From contig OZ316894.1 in the NCBI GenBank assembly GCA_973895155.1, positions 20,714,451 through 20,778,450 of the forward strand: 64,000 nt of DNA. The letters run 5' to 3'. The notes beneath the pieces are model-generated. The model saw only the letters and a list, made by a program, of their open reading frames with translations. It was not told where the DNA came from and did not search any database. Each line of letters starts with the position of its first letter. The first letter of the stretch is position 1. This document shows positions 49,460 through 64,000 of the stretch, piece by piece. This DNA is from Marsupella aquatica (Eukaryota; Plantae; Marchantiophyta). The translations under genes and the position numbers were made by a program.

Positions 49460-50750
49460 TTGGCAATAATCTTCAAAAAAATCAGAAATTGCATCAATTT
49501 GCTGAAAATGTTGAAGGGGCGAAACCTTGAGAGGAAGGAAGAGCCTGAAATGTTGGGAGATGATGATTCCCTACGCAAACAAGTAGAAATAGCCCAAGGG
49601 GATAGGTCTGATATGCAAGAAAAGAGGAGAGCTTCAAGCCAACTTAACAAGCAATATAGTGAGGTCAGAGTGGAGCAAACATCTTCACCAAACTCTGAAT
49701 TTGAGTCAATTACCAGTGTTGCATTGTCTATCAATGATGATGAAGGATTTCACGTCTCTCAAGAGGAATTGTCATATTTGGCTTCTACTAGCAAGACAAC
49801 AAATAAAACAACTCAACAAGTTGCCAAAACGTTGGGTGAGAGGGAAACATCCAATGCACCTAAAACTGGTGTTGACGATGAGGATGAATCCATATTCCAA
49901 GAGGTGCAAGATGTACTCAAAGAACTTGATTCCCTCGATGCTCCTCAAACCTCACATAATGGTTTGGAAGATGAAACCATGGAAGATGAACATAGTCTCC
50001 TCGCAGATCGCAAACATGAAGACCGTTGTTTGGCTTGTCGAGACGTACAACCAGAACAATGGGTAAAGCAACATTCATACTTAAAGAAGGGTCATGGAGA
50101 CATTTTACGACACCATGAGAAAATTTCTACAGCTGAAGTTGAAGAGAAATTTTCTCAAGATGAAATTGATGATCATCATAGACAAACAGATCAACTAGAC
50201 AAAGGTGACTATGCAGGTCGCATAAGTGACAAGAATCCTGGTGACAACATGATGAACTCAACAAAAGTTGCCAACAACAAGTCCATATTTGCATATGATA
50301 TAAAAGATGCAATTTTTGTTGATCACTTACAAGAATCTGATGATTCTGACCACTCTCTCAATACAGCTCAAGTGGACCTCTTGGGAACCTCTGAACATCA
50401 TGAAGGCCTCCCACTACCCAAAGATGAGGACTCTTCAAATAGTGATAGCAGTAGTGAAAGGTTTTTGGGCCTTTCAACAACAGATTTTGACTCTGGATAT
50501 AAAAGGCACCCTCGTTTTGAAGAGGAGGGTTTGACAGGTCAAGGTCTTGAAGCTAGGGTTTTACAATCTATGGAAGAAGAAAGTTTAAAAACAAATACCT
50601 CAACTTCTAAAATGTCTAAAATGCACACATCTTCTGCTCTTCCAGCCCGAAGATTGAAAAGAAGCATCTCCCCTGATGAAAGTCGTCAAGACCACTCTCG
50701 TAGGCAAAGCTCTCACTCTACACTCTCTCAGGACTCTCTCACTCAAACAG
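49460..50750 (+). CDS. Large acidic, disordered exon of an uncharacterised gene, probably the 5' part of the coiled-coil gene
   Basis: 470-codon stop-free frame rich in D/E/S/H. Exact splice boundaries are uncertain. Confidence 0.5.
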
Positions 50751-53700
50751 GCTGTACTATTGATTGTCCTTATATTATATTGAGGAATACAAATATATTA
50801 AGGGCAGTCTCACAGCTGACCTCAAACCGCTTTGCTAAAGTTAAAAACCACAGAAAGCACTATTTCCAATAGCTTGAGTGTTGACAATTTTAAGTAAACA
50901 AAATGTCCCTAAAAATCTATTTTTCACTGTAGCTGGTGAAAAGTCTGGATTACTTGCCCAGAGAGGCATGATTGTGTGGTAGTTCACTTGAGTTGATACT
51001 GATAGGTCTAGAGTTCAAATGTTGTTACTGACTATTCACTTTCTTAAGGTTTCCCAGTTTTCTCCTTAAAAAATATATCACTCAGGGGCAAGGATCCTGA
51101 TCTGAAAAACTGTGGTCGTTGTCTGAGTGCATAGCAAATTCCAAAATACAGAGACAACTATCTTTGCTTGTAGGGAAGAAAGTCCCGTCACAAACAATAT
51201 CATCATTTAGATGAATTAAGTACATCCAGCGACACTGTCTTCAAGAGTTTTTCACTCCAAGCAAGAGACCGAAACACACTCTTCACAGTATCAGATACTT
51301 CTCGATCTACTTAGTCTGGTCCAGGCTGATTACTAGCCATTCAGACATGGGGTCTACGCATATACTGTATTGTGAGCTATAATTTAATCAAAGCTGTCTG
51401 TCTTAACAGTAACATACTATAACATATAGCCTGCCAGCCCTGCCTGGTCATGCAATCTTAAGATCTTAATTAACACTGATCCAAATCATTTAGTTTGGTC
51501 CACCCATATCAATTAATGCTGTAGTATTTTTTCTAGGTGAAAACTTTCAAGAACATAAGCTACTTAATATTACATAATCTGACATAGTGACATTCAGCCC
51601 ATTCTAATTCTTGTGTGAAACGTGTTGTACTAGATTGACTATTTTATGTGAAAATGTAAAACCTTTTTTCAGGAGCTTGCGCACTATATAGCTAGCTGAT
51701 TTCACACCATCTAGGAAGGAATGTTGGAGTTAGGCTGATGAGAATGTTAGAACGCTGGTTCCATATGTCTGTCCACCCCTTGGACTTAGCCACACAGTTG
51801 TGACCCAAGGAACGGCTCATAAAAAGTAGCTCCCTGGCCTTTTGGGGGGCTACCAGCCACACACACACGCACACACCATTGATGCCTTCAACTTACTCCT
51901 CTAATGTATCAGTTTTTCATAGGGGAGGAGCTGGACTCATTGAACAAGCCTTGGGTATATCCCGCCCTATTCAGGTTATAACAAGTGGGAGATATTTGTA
52001 CGTATTTGTCCAAGCCAGGTCTAAACAAAAAGGCATCAAGTCATTTCAACCTTTGAATGGAGAAACGGATGAGGATGATCCCTGGGATAATGAGATTGAA
52101 GATAAAGGTGTAGCCTATGGTATTTTCCTACTTCAAAGTAGGATGAGATTTGCCTATGCAGTGTGTCATAACTGAATCTTTGCAAAATAAGCCCCAAAAC
52201 ATACCTTCTAATTAGAATTGATAAATAAATAAACAAACCCAAGCTTGAGATGTAGTTCACTATAGAATGATTGAAGAGCAAATTATAAAGTCAAATCCCC
52301 ACAACAATCCAAAATCCATTAAGAATCCTCCATCCAAAATTTACATTAATAGTAGAATAAATGAATGAATAAGCAAACAACACAAAACCTTTGATAGGAT
52401 ATATAATTAACTATCAGAATTTCAGAATTAATCCATGGTTAGTTGTCAATGGCTAGCAAAAGGAAAGAAAGGGGTCCGCCACCCCAGAGTGGGACTTAAA
52501 GCTCTAGGTGAGTCAGGGCCCATGTAGAGTCAAGTTGCAAGGGCAAGGGCAAGGGCAAGTAGAGTGTTTTTTTGTTTTTTTTTGTTGGGGGGGGGGGGGG
52601 GGGTTAATATAGTAAAATCTCAGGGCGGTGGACTTAGAGTTTGGGCACCATTATTTAACAGTATGCACGCATGGCATTCCTCACTAATAAAGATGAAATA
52701 TGATATTTTGAAGATAACACTTGCACGCATGTTTGTGAATACATGCACATATCAAGGATATATTGCATGTTATAAACAAGATGAGCTACTTTAAAAATTA
52801 AAATAAGGAACCTTGGCATACATCTCCTTCTACCTGGCTTACTTTAAACTTGAGGATACAACTCCTTTAAATTATCAATGGGCCCCTGTCAGTACTTACG
52901 CTTAATGTTGCAGGTTGATTAGCTCTAATTGTGAGCTTGGGCTTTCAAGGATGTGTGGGAGTTGTATGATATGTATGGCTTAGAATTTTCACATATGAAG
53001 GCCACAAGACAATATTAGCATGGTTGGAATGAATATTCTCGTCTTGATTTTGTCCATAATGGATCAACTTTCCAGTCGAGGAAGGCAGTTCCTCTTCAGT
53101 CTGCCCCACTCGGAGAAGTATAGCATCTATTGCTCGGGCACGTAGCCAAGACGCTTTGAGTAAACTCCAGCCATTTAGGCGCTCTAAATGTTTGTAATCA
53201 TACTTCCCTCATATCTTAATTTGAAGACTAACATAATTTCAAGTATTTCACAAAACAGCACTGGCAGATAGTACGCTAAGTTGGTTCTAATAAATACTCC
53301 ATCTCATTGAAAGATTATGTGTATCTTCTTAACTCAATCCTTAAGATAATAGATAAAGTTAGAACAACGGATTCTCTCCAGAGTTGACTAAAACTTAAGC
53401 TGAATTGATTGAACTAACCTTTGGTTTCAAAGGATTTTCAGTTACAGATGTGCAAATGGCCTGCCCCATGTGTGTATCATGTGAGAGGCAAGATAGTTTG
53501 GCTTCTCCTCATGTAAGTAACTTAGTTGGTTTCTTTGAATGTGCCAAATGTAGCTGGCTGCTTGAACGTATACTTGTTGGAGATTCAAAAAGGATACACT
53601 GATGCAATGAACTCGAACAAATTATAAAATGTGACTACCATGACTCAAAGTGTTTAAGATAACGACCATGGTACTGAAGCTACTTGTGACATGATTGCAG

Positions 53701-56700
53701 CCTCATGTTGAAATCCTCCAAGGGCATGATGATGATTTGCAGTCTATCACACAACAACTGGAGAAAAAAGAGGTTGGCATAATGAGATCCATTGAGTCAC
53801 TCCAAAGGTGCCTTGCCAATGCTGAGAGAAACACCACTTTAGTAAGTAAAACCGATCCCCATTTTTTGGGAGACCAAAACACCCTTGAATCTTTGAAAAT
53901 GTTTTTTTCCTAGTAATTAGATCATCATAGTTCAATTGTGAGTGTAATTGGAAATTTGAAACTAAGTCCCATTCCAAAGGAATAATTAAAAATAAATAAG
54001 GTGAAATCCCCTCCAAAGTGGCTGCATCAGATCAGTTAGATATCTGTAAGTTTATTTCATTATATCTATACAATATGAGCCTAAATGCCCATTCTTTGAA
54101 TATAATAGAAACCATGACAAAAAAACATGCATGAACATCATTTTGACATACATCATAATTATCCATTGTTCTCTCCATCCACATGGTGTGGCCCTAGAGT
54201 CATGGTTTAGAGGCTTCATTCTAGTAGCCTAGGTCCTCTAGCTTCTCTTTGCCTTTTATAAATAAGACTAGGCCCCAACTCTAGCTTCTCTTTCCCTTTA
54301 TAAGTAAGATTAGGTACCATCATTATTCTAATATTTGAGTAAGACTTTAGCATCTTGGAGATATCTTAGCGCATTGCTGTAATTTTTTTGAATCTGTGGA
54401 GGAAATTTGAGGTAGACCTTTTGCTCGTTGTACCCCTTTCAGAATGATGTAGCAATTGAAAATTACGTGTGATGCAACCCAAAAAAGAATGCCATGAGAG
54501 GACACTACTGGGCATACATTCAAGAGCTTAATAATCAATGGCTTCACTGTAAATTGTAGCTAGAATCAAATGTGCAAAGCACTACTACAGCGCCATAATA
54601 TTATGCAGATTAGATATGATATTTTCTTGGAACACACATACATCATAAATTTTCATATATTCTAATTTTCTACCTCCCCTTATGGCCAATCATCTGACCT
54701 GATTAAGAGTGTTATTTTCAGGAGTAAGTATTTAATTTTTTGCTTACTTTAGCAGAGCCTGTGTTTTTTTTGTCTTTCCTAGATTGTTGAATATTGGCAG
54801 AACCCTTTGAACTTTTTCTTTTTGTAGGAATCCATTTTTAAGGGTCTTCCAGGTTGCCAGAATAGCTTCACATTACAGTCCCAACTAGCTCTTTGGAAAG
54901 AGACTCTAATAGCATTGGAACTTCCAGCCCATTGAGCCCTAGAATAACTGTGCTAAGTACTTAACATCATGTGTAGAGCGAGGTGCAGAGTCATTCAGAG
55001 ATTTAAACTTGATTCAGATTTCTATGAGCCCTGCCTAGTGTCCTCTGGTCAGCCCCAAACAACTACACTAAAGTACATTAGTTATTGCAATGTGCACCAC
55101 CTTACCTTGTTAGAGTACAAATCATATTGATCCCTACTTGATAGTAACATCTCCCCCCCCCCCCTCCATTCTTTAAATTTTCACAGTCTTGATGTCCATT
55201 TATATTTCGTTTTTTCTTCCTTGATGAGTTATGAACATTCATATTCTCCAATATAATTTATTTATTTTAATGTTTAGACTACTGAAACAAAAACAGTATG
55301 TACCTTAGTAGAGCTGGCCTACTATGACATAAGTACCCTTACGTAAATGTTCTAATAAAAAAAACAAGGTGATGCAGTAGAACTGGCCTGCTATATCTAA
55401 GAATCTTAATTTTCATCTAAACTTTAGAGTTCATATTGTATACAGATGTCTTTATCTTTTTCTGCTTCTTCATGTTAAATATAGGGCATGCATTTAGAAA
55501 CAATAAGGTAGGAATGTATACCAATACCATGGGGACACTTATCACTTACCTAGTGGTACCCATAATGTCTAGTATATGTTCATACTAAGCCTTCTTGAAG
55601 ATTACAAGGATATTTCAAAGATGCAAACTCAAAGGATTATGATCCATTTGACATAGGCAACAAATGCAATGCTACAAGAACACACAAAAGTTCTTGAGGC
55701 TACGGAGGATTTAAGAATGGATTTGCGTAATCAGAAACTCATGAATGAAGAAGTAGCGTTTGCAGATGCAAACCAAACCAATCAGTTGAGTTTCCTGGAT
55801 TGTACAAGTCTCAAAGTATAGGAATTTTCCCATTATGAGAAAATGAATGTTAGAATTATCTTTCTACCAGATATATAACAAATATATTCTATTCATAGTA
55901 AATTTTATACCAAGGAACAAAGTAGGTCTTGCAGATCTGACTATAGAGTTTTTATCCTATAAATAACTGATGTTAAATGAGCCTGAAATGAAATTAAAAA
56001 ATAACAACAAATAATCTGTGTTAATTAATATCCTCCCTCCTTTCCATGTTACTGTTTACAAATATTAAGCTAGGACAGACTGAGGGGTTTTCTGTGAAGC
56101 CCCTGTGCATTTCCAAAGCTGAGGACATCCAAACATGCTTGGATAGCACTCTACAATTCAGACTGAAATATTACCTCTAAACGGGCTCCTGACCATTTGT
56201 AGCTGGCAAGGTAGCCGGTTTCCATAAGTTTAGTGGTGATAAGTATCTGCTTATGCCCAAAACTACTCAGGGAGTCCTTCCCCAAAGTGCTAAGTAGTTG
56301 CTCATGCCCAAACTACAGGCTGTACTCAGGCTGGGGCATCCTTCACAAAGTGAAACATCCATTGGCAGTTTGTTTACAATATTTGACCATTTTTGCATGC
56401 ATTGGTGATGTAGCAAATGATGTAAAAAAAATCTCAAACTTTGTCAAGTAACAGATTGGACATCAGAGAACACGTTGGAAACATTTAAGCCTGAACAAAG
56501 ATCCAAAGTTGTCCAAATAAATGTCCCAGGCTGCCAAAAACCAGCATTTAATAGCTGATCCAGGTGCCTAGAAAAACTACTCAGGGCATTTTTCTCAAAA
56601 GTGAAGCATCCTTCCAAAAGCACTTGGAAGTGTGAATTTTGGGTGTAAAGTAATACATCATGTGTCATAGCCAAACGGGCTGTTTATACTTGATTTTAAT

Positions 56701-58179
56701 TTAAAGATATAAAAAAATCAGCTTTTTTATCTAGCTTTTGTAAGTATCAATAACTTACAGTTCTATCAACAGTACAATCTTTACTTCTTCATGATTGAGT
56801 TTTGTCCCAAGCTTCAAACAATTGACTGGGATGGAATTGTTAATTCTTTTGAGATTCTGGTCATGATCATGGAAAATATATTCATGTTCATGTTCATGCT
56901 CAATGCCATTGCTTTGCACATGCAGTAGTCCTTGTGGCTATGTTGTTTTTGTAAAAATTATTTTGCCGTTTGAGTCATGTTGTTCTTGCCGTCCAAGTGT
57001 TGTGGTTGCAACCATGTATTCATGTGAGTTGCGCATTGAAATGTTGGCGTTACAGATAGTGTATCCTTGCAAACAGTTATGTTGTGGAAAGTTTGTCATT
57101 ATGACTAAAGTACTTTGTTACAAAAGAGTTGTCTTAGTTTGCAGAAATGTTGTCATTGCACAAAATTCATGTGTAGAATGTTGTAGAAATCGACACAGAA
57201 ATAGAGGTGAAAAAGGCAAATGAGTTGGAAGTATGTTACACTCTTGGCAAGTCAGAGCTTTGGCAGGAATTTGCGAGAGAGCCAAAATAGAACAATTGAC
57301 AGTTGGGAGCATGCCCTCAAGCAGGTCAGGCAAGACCCCTCGGCAGAAAATAAGTTGACCATCCCCCTTTTTATGATATATCTCTCCCCCCTCTCCACAG
57401 AGGGAAAATGGGGGCCAGCTTATTTTCTTGCCTGATTTCTGTCAGGTTTGCATGTCCGCGCCCACCCGAGCACCCTGTGTGCTGACCATCACCTTGCAAC
57501 GCCTTTTTCTACCACCTGACAGTCACAATATATTTCAAATGATTTTGAAAACATATATATTACAAAGTGATTTTGAAAACTGACCATGGACAAGTGTTGG
57601 GTGGGATTGTATATTACTACAGATTTTATATATTTACCACATGTAATCATGGGTTTTGTAGCTATTGACATAATTATGCTGCTCATAGTCTTCACTTTGA
57701 ATTCCACTTGAGTTCAGTTCTGGTTATTGATTATATGCTTGGATGCACTTGGTAATAAGAAAAGAGGTAGACTTGTACAAGGGAAACTCAGGCTAAAAAT
57801 GAGCCACAACGAAGGTAAACTTGGGGGTCAACTTTAAGCTTGAAAATATTATTTTGTTCTTCACCATCAGCTGACATTCTTGTGCAATACATTTTGTAGG
57901 GTAACAACTCAAAGTCATGCTGAAAGCATTGCTTCTCCTGCAATCACCAAATTTCGTTTTCCAATGTCAAAGGATGAGAAAAGGAATTATGTGAGTGAAC
58001 CGAGTAAGCAAATTCATCCTAGTTAGATTTGGCAACGATTTCACATACTTTCTGAACCTGTCAAGCTTTTAGTTCATTTTTTCTTAAATGACTAATTGTG
58101 ATTCCGGATTTAACACTGCATGTTGGATAATAATCTCCTGGCCCACCCCTTAAAAATAATTTGACAAAGTAAATTCTAG

Positions 58180-61100
58180 GTAGAGCTCAAATGCAGGACA
58201 ATATTGCTAAGCAAAGGAGGGAGACTGAGGCCCTAGAATTAGAGCTTTGGAGACAAGAAAATAGACTACCAAGTCAAGGACGAGCTCCCAAACAAGGGGG
58301 TATCTTGATACAAGATGAAACTATATCAAAACTAGAATGTGAAGGCTTGAAAAGGAATATGTTGGATGCCCAACATCACTTGCATTTGATCCACCAACAA
58401 CTACAATTTAACTTCAGTAATGAGGAACAATCAACTCCCCAACTCCTTCCATCCAGGGATGAATCTCTTCAAGCCTTCAATTTCAGGACTATTGAACGAG
58501 AAACTCAAAAGACAGTGTTACCAGGAGAACAAAGCCATTCAAAATGGGACTCAAGCTTGGAAAGTGAAATGAAGAAAAGCCGAGAACAACTGCTAGGTGA
58601 AATAGCTCATATGAAAGAGCAGTTATTCAAAGCGGAAGAGGAATGCAATTGTCTCCAAGAAGAGAACGAATCATTGAGACTTCAAACAGTTCACAGCGAG
58701 TTTGAGCTCCAAACAAACTTGGGAGCAGCTCAACTTGAATCCCACGAAAGCTTTGCTCACATTTCCAAATTGAAACAAGACTGGGAGTCAAATTTTGAGA
58801 AGGGAAGACTTGATCAGAATGGAATAGTATCCAGAATGAAGGAGAAGCTAATTAAAGCAGAAGAACGATGTATTTTTCTCCAAGAGCAAAATGAATTGCT
58901 AAAAGTTGAAGCAGTTCAAAATGGGTTTAAGTTGAACACAAGCTTGGGATCGGCTGACCTTGACTCTTCTGAAGACATTGCTGAATCTTCCCAATTGAAG
59001 GAAGAAATGGAGTCCAAAATTGCTGAGAAAGAAATTCTTCACCAAAATGACTTAGATTATATTAAAGCAATATTACTCAAAGTAGAAGAGCGATGCATTG
59101 AGCTCCAAGAGCAGGTTGAATTGTTGAAAGTTGAAGCAGTGGAAAATGAGTTTGAGTTGCACACAAAACTAGGATCAGCTCAACTTGACTCTTTGGAAGG
59201 ATTGGAATCCAATGCTGCAAAAAACCAACTTCAACAGGATGAACTAGCTTGTTTAAAAGAAAAATTACTGAAAGCAGAAGAGCGATGCATTGAACTAGAA
59301 GAGGAAAACGAGTTGTTGAAAGTTCACGCAGTTCAAAATGAATTTGAGTTGCATACCAAACTAGGATCAGCTCAACTTAACTCTGTTGAAGGCTATGCTC
59401 ACATTTCCCAATTAAAAGAAGGAATGAAGTCCAATGCTGAGAAAGAACGACTGCAACAAAATGAATTAGCTTCTTTGAAGGAGAAGCTACTCAAAGTAGA
59501 AGCTCAGGTTGATTTGGCGGACAAGTTGCAACAATGTGAGTTGGAACTCAAACGAGCTCAGGAATTGCTCTTGAAGAGAGACGAGGAATGTGATTTGTTG
59601 AGGGGACAACTTGATGCTTTGAAATTGGAAGGTGTACACAGTGAGCTTGAAGTGCAAATGGATTTGGGACAAACTCAAGTTCTACTGCATGAAGTCCAAA
59701 GGCAATATGAACAGTTGAAGGACGAGATAAAATCAAATGCACAGAAGGAGAAAAAGTACCTCCAAGACCTAGAAGGTGAGCTACTGCAAATCTCTGAAAG
59801 AAATGATAAGCATCATTCTCGTAATGATGAAAACCTTAGGCAAAGTTTGAGTCGCAGAGAGCAAAAGGAAGCTCAACTCTCCAGGGACTTAACGGAGTCT
59901 CAAAATAAACTAGAGGAGACAAGGGAAATTCTACAAGAAACTCAGCAAAAACTTTCTCGCTTTGAAGATGCCATGCAAGAAGAAGTAGAAAAGAAAACAT
60001 TTGAAATGAGTAAACACTTGCAAGATTTGGAAAGGGACTGTTTTGCATCCAGACAAGAGCTTGAAAACCTTAAGAAAAAATCACAAGAAGATTTACAATA
60101 CATGAAGGACCAACTGCTGATTGCTCAACAAGAGGCTCAAGAGTCTTTATATAGAAGAAGAAAATCATCACAAGAGTTGCGAAGAATCAAGAATGAACTC
60201 AAAAATACTGAAAAAGAGCACTTGGAGAGGAGCAATAGAGCTTCTCAACAGTTGATGAACACAAAAAAGGAACAAGATGATTGTAGGGCTGAAAAACAAA
60301 TTCTGTTTGAGAAACTGGAGAAGCTTCAATTGGAAAACATGGAACTTCAAACACAAATGGAGCAAGTGCTCACTAAAGAGATGAATGGTCTAAAAGAAGC
60401 AAGTGCGACTCTCCTGCAGATTTCTGGAGCAAAGAATGCTCAATCTGAGCAAGTCTCAGAAGATGTTGGTGGTGTGAAAGACGTTGCTTTATCTATGCTT
60501 GCCTTTGTGAGTTTTCTTTGGTCATACAGTTACGATCTCATAGGGGCCCATTCAGTTGATTTCTAATTCTTTAGTCATACAAATTATCCATGAGTAAAGA
60601 GTCAAACTCAATGAAAGCACATTCACAACTGAATAATAACTAAACAATGTTTTAATCTGGGTTTAGAATAGCTCTGACATATACCAGTTCTGTTTCATTA
60701 ATCAGATTGTACATTATGCACACAGTAATTTAAATACACATTTGGATTGTCCCTGGCTTGTTTTCAAAGGTTGAGGATGTGACGCGCATGTTGGCAGAAA
60801 TGCACAAGGTCTTTGCAGAACATAAAAACGAACAGCAAAGAATGAGGGAAGACATTACAAAGCACTTGCAAGATTCTCCTCCAGTAACGCTGATGGAGAA
60901 TCAAGCTACTTCTTGTGAGATATTGGATGGGGAACTTGATCCTATGTTTGATTCTGAAGAGTGTGAAAGATGTTCCAAACCTTCTCATCCTTATGTATTT
61001 GGGAAAAGTTCTAAGGTTTATTTTCCATATGTCACTTTGTAATTATGATAACTGTTGTTGAAAAGAAAATAAATGAAAAATCAAATGGATTTTCACGTGT

Positions 61101-61707
61101 GGTGAAGTTTACAATCAACATGTATGGAGGATTAAAAATGCTAATAATAATTTTCTATAACTATGTTTAACCTGAAATATTGATTCTTAATAATTGATCC
61201 AAAACAAAAGGAAAAAAATTTCAACATTTTTGCCTCACAAGAACATTTCAGTTAACAATAGCAAAGTAGTGCAAAGAGTACCTAGTTAAGTCTAGCTTTT
61301 AAAACACTTGGGCTACTTCTTCATGTGCTAGTACAAGAGTACCTTCAAAACACTTGGGCTACCTCTCCCATGTGCTTGTGTACTAGCTCACTTTCATTAG
61401 TTGATTATTAAGAGTTTAATTGCAAGAAAAAATTTAACTTGGGACAAATATTTAGCTGCAGTTGTTGGAGAGTTATAATTACTTGTAAATTATGACACAA
61501 TCACACATGATTTCAACCAGGACTGTTATCCAATGAATCAGCTACAGGTAGATGAAGAAGGAAATTCTTAAATCTAGTCACGTCTTTACTGCAGGACGAT
61601 GTGGAAGAAGAGTTAAAAGAAGCTTTGAGAACATATGGAATTGGGCCAAACACCATAGGAATACCAGATGCCATATATACAAAGTTAAAATCAGAACGAT
61701 GTCACCG
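58180..61707 (+). CDS. Long coiled-coil protein (exons ~58180-60506, 60770-61015, 61595-61707; further upstream exons likely near 53075, 53701 and 57900)
   Basis: 791-codon E/K/Q/L-rich frame with heptad character and internal repeats. Phase-compatible GT-AG junctions. Confidence 0.75.
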
Positions 61708-62825
61708 GTAATTTTTGAACATCCCTATTGAACGTTTTGTATCACATGAATGCTTACATATATACCAGCAAAAGACTCTTAAAAAAAATTCATAAGTTGA
61801 CCACATCTTTGAGTATGACACTGTTGTTCATGATTATATGCATGATCCTATGCTCCAGATCCAGCTCAAGAGCTACCCAAAAATATGTGGTAAGGCATCT
61901 GACTGTATTATAAATTAACTCAAATGACGTTGCTTGCTAAAGTTTACTGACCATACTTCATGCAGTAGATCCTACTGTGGACATAAACCCTATAAGCAAC
62001 CTGTTATAAAATGGTTTGAACATAAAAAGTCGGGTAAAAAGTGTCCAGTTGAAAGAGACTGATTAGTATATTTCTTTATAGAGAATGTTGATGTGTGGGT
62101 CTGATATTGCTATTGCACTCACTGAGTATTGAACAATTGGATTGACCAGTAATGAAGACCTACACTATCATCCACGAGGAGGGGTCCGAATATCCAGTGA
62201 TACCAGTGGTCATATTGTGGGAAAATAACTTTGTCGGACAATGAACAAGATGCTTCAGTGTATTGATGGAACTGACCTAAAAAGTTAGATAAATGTTTGA
62301 AGCTCGATCTTAATGTACCTATTCACTAGAGGGGATCAACATATAGACTAAAATGCCCGTGACCAAAGGGGTTTGGTCACAAAAGCTGAACTACTCTTTA
62401 TAATTTGTGACTGATTAGTTATTGTCACCAATACATCATGAATGTTTCATTAGTATAGTGATCACTCTCGTGAGGGGGAGGTCTCAGGTTCAAAACTCGC
62501 GTCCTGAAATGCTTTGACCCAAATTTGACTCGCAATAGTACAAAAACATGATAAGTTGGGGTTGCATTTAAATTTGAGAAAAATTAATAAATACAAGGAA
62601 AAGATAATTCATTATAATATGATACCTCAAAATAATATAAGTTTGAAATAGAATTCATACATGTAATTTTTATTTGATAAGAGAAAAAATGTATCAAAAC
62701 CTAAATGTATCTAAAAGACTAACCTAAATTAACCCTAAATCGTCCACCACCTAATCTGAAATAAATCATAAAGAATTTAATCTTTTTCTCCTCTCATCGT
62801 CAACCTTTCGTTGATGTATATACAA

Positions 62826-62963
62826 ACCAGCATCTGAAGGATGAACACGCTTGTCGGCAAAATATTTCTCAAGCAACAAGCATTGTATGCATCGACCAGC
62901 ATCTAAAGGATGAACACGCTCGTAGGCAAAATACTTCTCAAGCAACAAGCATTGTATGCATCG
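62826..62963. repeat. 69-bp tandem duplication in a probable TE remnant
   Basis: ACCAGCATCT.AAGGATGAACACGCT.GT.GGCAAAATA.TTCTCAAGCAACAAGCATTGTATGCATCG occurs twice. Confidence 0.85.
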
Positions 62964-64000
62964 AGAACACTCCATCGATGACAACACAAAGCCAAAGTAT
63001 ATCTCCAACAAAAAAGAGTTGCATCCAAATGTCCCGCCAAATGTACTAGATTAAGTGACTATAGGCAGGTCTGTAGCAAATGACTAGGTCATTGCTACCA
63101 CCGGCTAGAGCAAACTCACACTAGTCCAAGAGAATACGATAGAAAACTATCTATGAACGACCCTAATGATCGAGCGCGTCCCTCCACGACCACCTAGGCA
63201 AATGGTAGGTTGCAAGCAATGCTTATGGCACCGCTTGCCCCAGCAAATGCCTATGAGGTCTCTTTGGCCAAAAAAGGCAAAAGAATAAGCAATGAGAGGA
63301 GAAGAGAAGAGAATGAGGAGAATGAACTGAGAGACTCTCCTTTTTATGCTAATCATCTCTAAGTTCCTAATTAATGTCATACCTAAATTCATTAGCGACT
63401 AATTAATATCATACCTAACCTAATTAAAAGCACACCCACCCATTCTTCTAGAATTACTCAAATAAAAATCTATATCTATGTTGAAAAATGAGTGAGAAGT
63501 CCACAAAAGGAATAAAAACACATTTTTTGTTTTGATGTTGACCCCCCTCTTGCAAGAAAAAGGAAAGATTTATAAAACCTGAAATCTCTCCATTCTTTGT
63601 CTTTATTGTTCCTCCCCTTAAAAGACCCTTAAACCATCCATCGCTCCCCACTTCTAAGATAGAATAGGGGTTAGCTTGTTCGATACACTCAACTAGTGTC
63701 TGCCCCCTCTAGCAAGAAAAAAATATAAACAAAGACCATTTTGAAAATCTCTCCCTTAAATACCCTTAAACCTCTCAGCAATTAAAGAAAAAATTCTTTA
63801 AACCCTTATTATTTCTCCCCTTAAAGTAATCCTCCATCCGGGCCAAAAAATAAAAATGTCTCTTTTTGTCTTTTTTATTTTCCCATTCTTTAAAATACCC
63901 TTGATTCTCTATCTGTTTTAATTCTCAAAGAAAATAAAATAATGAGATCAACCATAGGGCATGCTCCTTACTCATCGTTTTTTCTAAAAAAAAGAAGCCC

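Overview
Eukaryotic land-plant genomic DNA, with GT-AG introns, plant-type WPP-RanGAP and a plastid ADS/FAD5 desaturase. A bryophyte origin is plausible but cannot be shown from the sequence. Host genes are a secreted acidic GKDE-repeat protein, an ADS/FAD5-like desaturase (5 exons), a mitochondrial acyl carrier protein, RanGAP and a large multi-exon coiled-coil gene. A young Bianca-like Ty1/copia retrotransposon (420-6212) has identical 147-bp LTRs, a TCAAT TSD and one in-frame stop. The standout is a decayed ~12.9-kb DNA transposon (~21872-34770). It carries a Sola/DUF7869-like DDD transposase, a ParB/Srx-like domain joined to a bacterial-type beta-class N4C/N6A DNA methyltransferase, a Ulp1-like C48 protease and an F-box-like ORF. 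About 24 related palindromes (GGGATAC-N3-GTATCCC and GGGATCC-N2-GGATCCC) occur only inside this element. Most form ~90-bp-phased arrays in its introns and promoter, and five lie in a 111-bp coding repeat. This suggests a transposon-encoded, sequence-specific self-marking or anti-silencing system. All family assignments come from motif recognition by eye; no searches were run.
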